IMG/VR virus record: IMGVR_UViG_3300032312_001249
Coordinates: 1 to 28,867 of that record
DNA: 28,867 nucleotides
Reading direction: 5' to 3' (one strand)
DNA from: a virus
Lineage: Duplodnaviria > Caudoviricetes
Part shown: positions 25,858 to 28,867 of the stretch, one piece after another
How the letters are laid out: every line of letters starts with the position of its first letter
Position numbering within the stretch: position 1 is the stretch's first letter
Notes under the pieces: model-generated
Told to the model about the DNA's origin: nothing
Seen by the model: the letters and a program-made list of their open reading frames with translations, nothing else
The model's database searches: none
Made by a program: the position numbers and the translations under genes

Positions 25858-26067
25858 ATGAACGAACGAATTAAAGAACTTAAACAACAGGCTGGCATCC
25901 AAGATAATCCAGACCAGGAAGGATTGGATCAGTTTGCCGAGTTGATTGTGGCGGAATGTTTAGGCATTGTAGACGATGCTGAACGAGGTGGTAGTAATGA
26001 AATATGGGACAATGCCGTGAAGTTTATTAGACGAGATTTACAAGAACATTTCGGAGTTGAACAATGA
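25858..26067 (+). CDS. Hypothetical phage protein
   Basis: MNERIKEL..QAG...FAELIV.EC...HFGVE pattern. Confidence 0.75.
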   Translation: MNERIKELKQQAGIQDNPDQEGLDQFAELIVAECLGIVDDAERGGSNEIWDNAVKFIRRDLQEHFGVEQ

Positions 26068-26309
26068 TTGAAATCTTTATACCAGTGTTGTGGATCTGCA
26101 TCAACACTCACTGCGAGTTTATGCAGAGTGATGGGTTTTATTTCACACAAGAAATCAAATGCGTAGAGTCTTTGGATACGCAAAAAGAACGCATGAGAGA
26201 ATTAGTCAAGCAAGCTGGACAAGGCACCATTACTGTGTTAGAAGGTATCTGTGCTGATGCCAAGATTAAAACTCGTATTGAAAAGCAAGTATTAGGAGTT
26301 GAAGGATGA
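26064..26309 (+). CDS. Hypothetical protein with 4 Cys
   Basis: GGAG RBS, ATGA overlap. Confidence 0.7.
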   Translation: MIEIFIPVLWICINTHCEFMQSDGFYFTQEIKCVESLDTQKERMRELVKQAGQGTITVLEGICADAKIKTRIEKQVLGVEG

Positions 26310-26485
26310 AAATGACAATATTTAAACGAGGCATAGAAGCACTACGCCAGCCAGATCGTAACCCCAGATGTTATGAATTAACCGAAGCTGAGCGACTGGC
26401 TAAATTACGTGAATGGAATAATCGTAATGTATGGAACGAGCCCGAACTGGCTGATAAAGACAACGAAACTTATTACGGAGCATGA
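26306..26485 (+). CDS. 59-aa hypothetical protein (not in the ORF track)
   Basis: AGGAG RBS, ATGA overlap; MKMTIFKRGIEALRQPDRNPRC...ETYYGA fills the intergenic gap exactly. Confidence 0.7.
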   Translation: MKMTIFKRGIEALRQPDRNPRCYELTEAERLAKLREWNNRNVWNEPELADKDNETYYGA

Positions 26486-26486
26486 T

Positions 26487-26891
26487 ATGAAAATTGGATT
26501 TAGCCTAGGACGTTGCGTCCGTGATATTGTTAAAGGATCAGTAGACATCAACGATGTGGCATTTATCATTGCTGCCACTTCTATTCATGATGAACCGCAG
26601 TTGGCCAATGTGATCGAACAATACATGTATCGAGATGATGATTATCTTTACGGTCTCGACGAGAGCAAGTGTCAAGCAGTGGCTCTAGAACTGTGGAAGA
26701 CAAATAAAGTATTACAGCCTCGTAGACAAGGACTTCACCGTCATCGTCAACCAGAAAACTCAGTTTGGGTAGACATGTTTCCTACAGAGATGTCAGAAAA
26801 CGAGTCAGTCAAACGAGCTTGGGATGCCTACAGATTTATGCTACATATGACAGAGAATGTAGATACAGACGCTATGGAAACATTTAAGTAA
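26487..26891 (+). CDS. Hypothetical protein
   Basis: GGAG RBS before ATG 26487 (MKIGFSLGRCVRDIV...QPR). Confidence 0.75.
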   Translation: MKIGFSLGRCVRDIVKGSVDINDVAFIIAATSIHDEPQLANVIEQYMYRDDDYLYGLDESKCQAVALELWKTNKVLQPRRQGLHRHRQPENSVWVDMFPTEMSENESVKRAWDAYRFMLHMTENVDTDAMETFK

Positions 26892-26901
26892 GGAGATTGC
26901 A

Positions 26902-27096
26902 ATGATTAAAGTTGGTAGTCGCTGGGAAGGTATAGACACACAATTTCGTGTGTTAGCGGTAGTTGAAGCAGAGGATGGACATACTTGGGTTCACTATCGT
27001 GAAGATCGAGGAATCAAAGTACCTGTGCTAGAGTGCCGAGAATACAGTTGTTACGAAGAAAGTTTTCTAACACGATTTAGACCGTTACCAGAATGA
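26902..27096 (+). CDS. Small hypothetical protein
   Basis: AAGGAG RBS. Confidence 0.7.
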   Translation: MIKVGSRWEGIDTQFRVLAVVEAEDGHTWVHYREDRGIKVPVLECREYSCYEESFLTRFRPLPE

Positions 27097-27377
27097 TTAC
27101 CCTTAATTTTAATATCCGCAATCCTTGGGGTAATAAATGGAAAAATTATCGCTGTTTTAGCGGGTCTACTCCGTTTGAACACAAGTTTTGGGAGCTACAG
27201 TTTTATCGCAGCAACGATCTCCTAGACGTTATGTTTCAAATAACTGCTAGACAAAGTCATTCTGGATTTAGGCTAATTGTCGGATTTTTCGGATTTAATG
27301 CTGAATTTCAGTTCTACGATAGTAGGCATTGGGATTACGAAAACAGCAAATGGGAAACAAATAAACAGACGCTATAA
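27093..27377 (+). CDS. Aromatic-rich hypothetical protein
   Basis: ATGA overlap; YDSRHWD motif. Confidence 0.7.
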   Translation: MITLNFNIRNPWGNKWKNYRCFSGSTPFEHKFWELQFYRSNDLLDVMFQITARQSHSGFRLIVGFFGFNAEFQFYDSRHWDYENSKWETNKQTL

Positions 27378-27409
27378 TGATTATTTAGGATAAGTAAGAG
27401 TAAACTAAT

Positions 27410-27985
27410 ATGGAGCATCGTGTGAAAAAACTAGAAGACTTTAACGCCTCAGATCGGATTGATCTTAAACTGCTAGAAAATCACACGCATTTTATTAATG
27501 GCGAAATCAATGAGGATTCTGTAGGTGCTGCTGTCAAATGGCTAATCTACGAAAACATTGATATCTCCAAAGAAAAAGTTCTTACCCTTTACATCAATTC
27601 CACAGGCGGCGATCTGTATCAAGCATTCGGGCTCATTGACGTAATGCGATCTAGTCAGCACATAGTACGCTGTGTGGGGATCGGCGCTGTAATGTCAGCG
27701 GCATTTTTAATATTTTCGTCCGGTGATCGCGGGTATCGGTTGGCTGCTCAGAATACCAGCTTTATGTGTCATCAATTTACTGAGTCAATGGACAACAAGT
27801 ATCACGACCTTAAAGCAACTATGAAAGAAAACGATAACTGTAATGAGCGAATGGTAGCTATTCTTAAAGATGCCACAGGACTAGCACCCAGCGTGATAAA
27901 GAAAAAACTATTGCCGCCATCAGATGTATACTTAACTACTCAAGAAGTTTTAGACCTAGGCATTGCCGATCATATTTTAGAATGA
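27410..27985 (+). CDS. clpP: ClpP-family protease subunit
   Basis: LYINSTGGD, AVMSAAFLI (catalytic Ser), FMCHQ (His), DVYLT (Asp), LGIADHI. Alternative start GTG 27422 after GGAG. Confidence 0.9.
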   Translation: MEHRVKKLEDFNASDRIDLKLLENHTHFINGEINEDSVGAAVKWLIYENIDISKEKVLTLYINSTGGDLYQAFGLIDVMRSSQHIVRCVGIGAVMSAAFLIFSSGDRGYRLAAQNTSFMCHQFTESMDNKYHDLKATMKENDNCNERMVAILKDATGLAPSVIKKKLLPPSDVYLTTQEVLDLGIADHILE

Positions 27986-27992
27986 GATACTC

Positions 27993-28232
27993 ATGAACAT
28001 AGTAACATTTGAGCCCAAGACCAAAGCCGCACAACGAAAAGAAGAACTGTTGGAAATTCTTGATTTTATTAGGAAAGAAGTTGAAGAAGGAAAGATCAAA
28101 GAGCTAGTAGCATGTTCTCTTGATGATGACGGACTCACGCAGATTCATGTGTCGACGTTGGACCTGCCGGGCGGCATTGGTCTGTTCGAGATGGGCAAGC
28201 AAATACTCTATCAGTCGCAGACTCAGATGTAG
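27993..28232 (+). CDS. Hypothetical protein
   Basis: 79-aa ORF directly after clpP. Confidence 0.7.
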   Translation: MNIVTFEPKTKAAQRKEELLEILDFIRKEVEEGKIKELVACSLDDDGLTQIHVSTLDLPGGIGLFEMGKQILYQSQTQM

Positions 28233-28263
28233 TAAAAATGCCACATATCAGCATGAAGAAATG

Positions 28264-28292
28264 TTGACAGATAAATAAACAGACAATACAAT
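28264..28292 (+). promoter_or_regulatory. sigma70 promoter P1, with ATAAATA in the spacer
   Basis: TTGACA (28264-69), 17 nt, TACAAT (28287-92). Confidence 0.8.
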
Positions 28293-28346
28293 AAGTACAT
28301 GGTTAGGAACGCAGAAAAACTTTTTCTCCAAAAATGAAAATAGTGG

Positions 28347-28375
28347 TTGACGGCGAGACTAAATAAATGTACAAT
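28347..28375 (+). promoter_or_regulatory. sigma70 promoter P2, with TAAATA in the spacer and an A-rich upstream tract
   Basis: TTGACG (28347-52), 17 nt, TACAAT (28370-75); a GAAA-loop hairpin (28383-400) sits at the predicted +1. Confidence 0.8.
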
Positions 28376-28424
28376 TAACACATACACTAGAAATAGTGTG
28401 TTAACAAAGGATAAACGAAAGCAA

Positions 28425-28568
28425 ATGAAAACGATATCATTACATAGAAACTGTAAATCGATAGCCCAGGTGGGAGGCTTTATGCCCTCTAGTTGGCTCG
28501 CGATTAATAGCCTATCATATGATCGTTTACCAACAGAGATTACTAGGGTCCGGAGGACTGTCGTGTAA
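28425..28568 (+). CDS. Putative 47-aa attenuator leader peptide
   Basis: MKTISLHRNCKSIAQVGGFMPSSWLAINSLSYDRLPTEITRVRRTVV; AAAGGA at 28406-11; 3' end overlaps the antiterminator arm. Confidence 0.6.
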   Translation: MKTISLHRNCKSIAQVGGFMPSSWLAINSLSYDRLPTEITRVRRTVV

Positions 28569-28629
28569 CATAAAAGTACACACAAACTTCAAGGACCCTA
28601 GGATTAAAACCCTGGGGTTTTTTGTTTTT
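28543..28629 (+). terminator. Intrinsic terminator with overlapping antiterminator (attenuator)
   Basis: Terminator ACCCTAGG (28595-602)/CCTGGGGT (28611-18) plus TTTTTGTTTTT. Antiterminator CTAGGGTCC (28543-51)/GGACCCTAG (28593-601), perfect 9 bp. Confidence 0.75.
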
Positions 28630-28641
28630 AGCAAAGGAAAA

Positions 28642-28818
28642 ATGGAAAAGATAGATTACGAAAAATTAAATGAACGAATCGTTGAACAGGCTTATGAAGC
28701 CGCTCTTAGTAATACTCTTACTAAAGAACAGCTTCAAAAACTTATTCAAGATAAGTTTGAACGTGCTAGGATATACCAGGAGTCGATGCGTAAAAGTCCG
28801 ACTTACAGCATAAACTAG
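28642..28818 (+). CDS. 58-aa helical hypothetical protein, first gene after the attenuator
   Basis: AAAGGA RBS before ATG 28642 (MEKIDYEKLNERIV...). Confidence 0.65.
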   Translation: MEKIDYEKLNERIVEQAYEAALSNTLTKEQLQKLIQDKFERARIYQESMRKSPTYSIN

Positions 28819-28867
28819 TACAAAGTGTGTAAGGGAAACGAGGTCCCAGTCTGCACTCTAAACATGG

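Noticed and set aside
28347-28424. TTG start for a 73-aa ORF
   Set aside because: That TTG is the -35 box of promoter P2; the usable start is ATG 28425.
28519-28641. N-terminal extension of the final ORF
   Set aside because: It runs through the terminator; the RBS supports ATG 28642.
1-28867. Stop-codon reassignment
   Set aside because: Known proteins are full length under code 11; TAA, TGA and TAG all end plausible genes, and ATGA couplings are frequent.

Overview
AT-rich (roughly 38-40% GC by eye), gene-dense, mostly + strand segment of a large tailed (T4-like/jumbo) bacteriophage, read with standard code 11. The bS21, DnaK and PqqA sequences resemble betaproteobacterial proteins, which suggests the host group (inference). 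Host-type auxiliary genes are present: a GT4 glycosyltransferase, SGNH hydrolases, a solitary 23-aa pqqA missed by the ORF track, a SleB-like wall hydrolase, bS21, a DEDDh exonuclease, dnaK-hsp20-clpS, hemO-pcyX, a fatty-acid desaturase, a metallophosphoesterase, a nucleotidyltransferase and ClpP. There is also a Cys-repeat exported-protein cluster and an array of small paralogous proteins. Near-consensus sigma70 promoters and a recurring TAAATA late-type motif occur. Most notable: (1) a 47-codon leader ORF using all 20 amino acids and 37 different codons, coupled to a mutually exclusive antiterminator/terminator, i.e. a candidate 'any-tRNA' attenuator; (2) a ~245-nt structured RNA occluding the RBS of the wall hydrolase; (3) a likely -1 frameshift at an A9/A_AAA_AAG site; (4) ROSE-like thermometers on both dnaK and hsp20. 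No tRNA, rRNA or CRISPR array was seen in the window.
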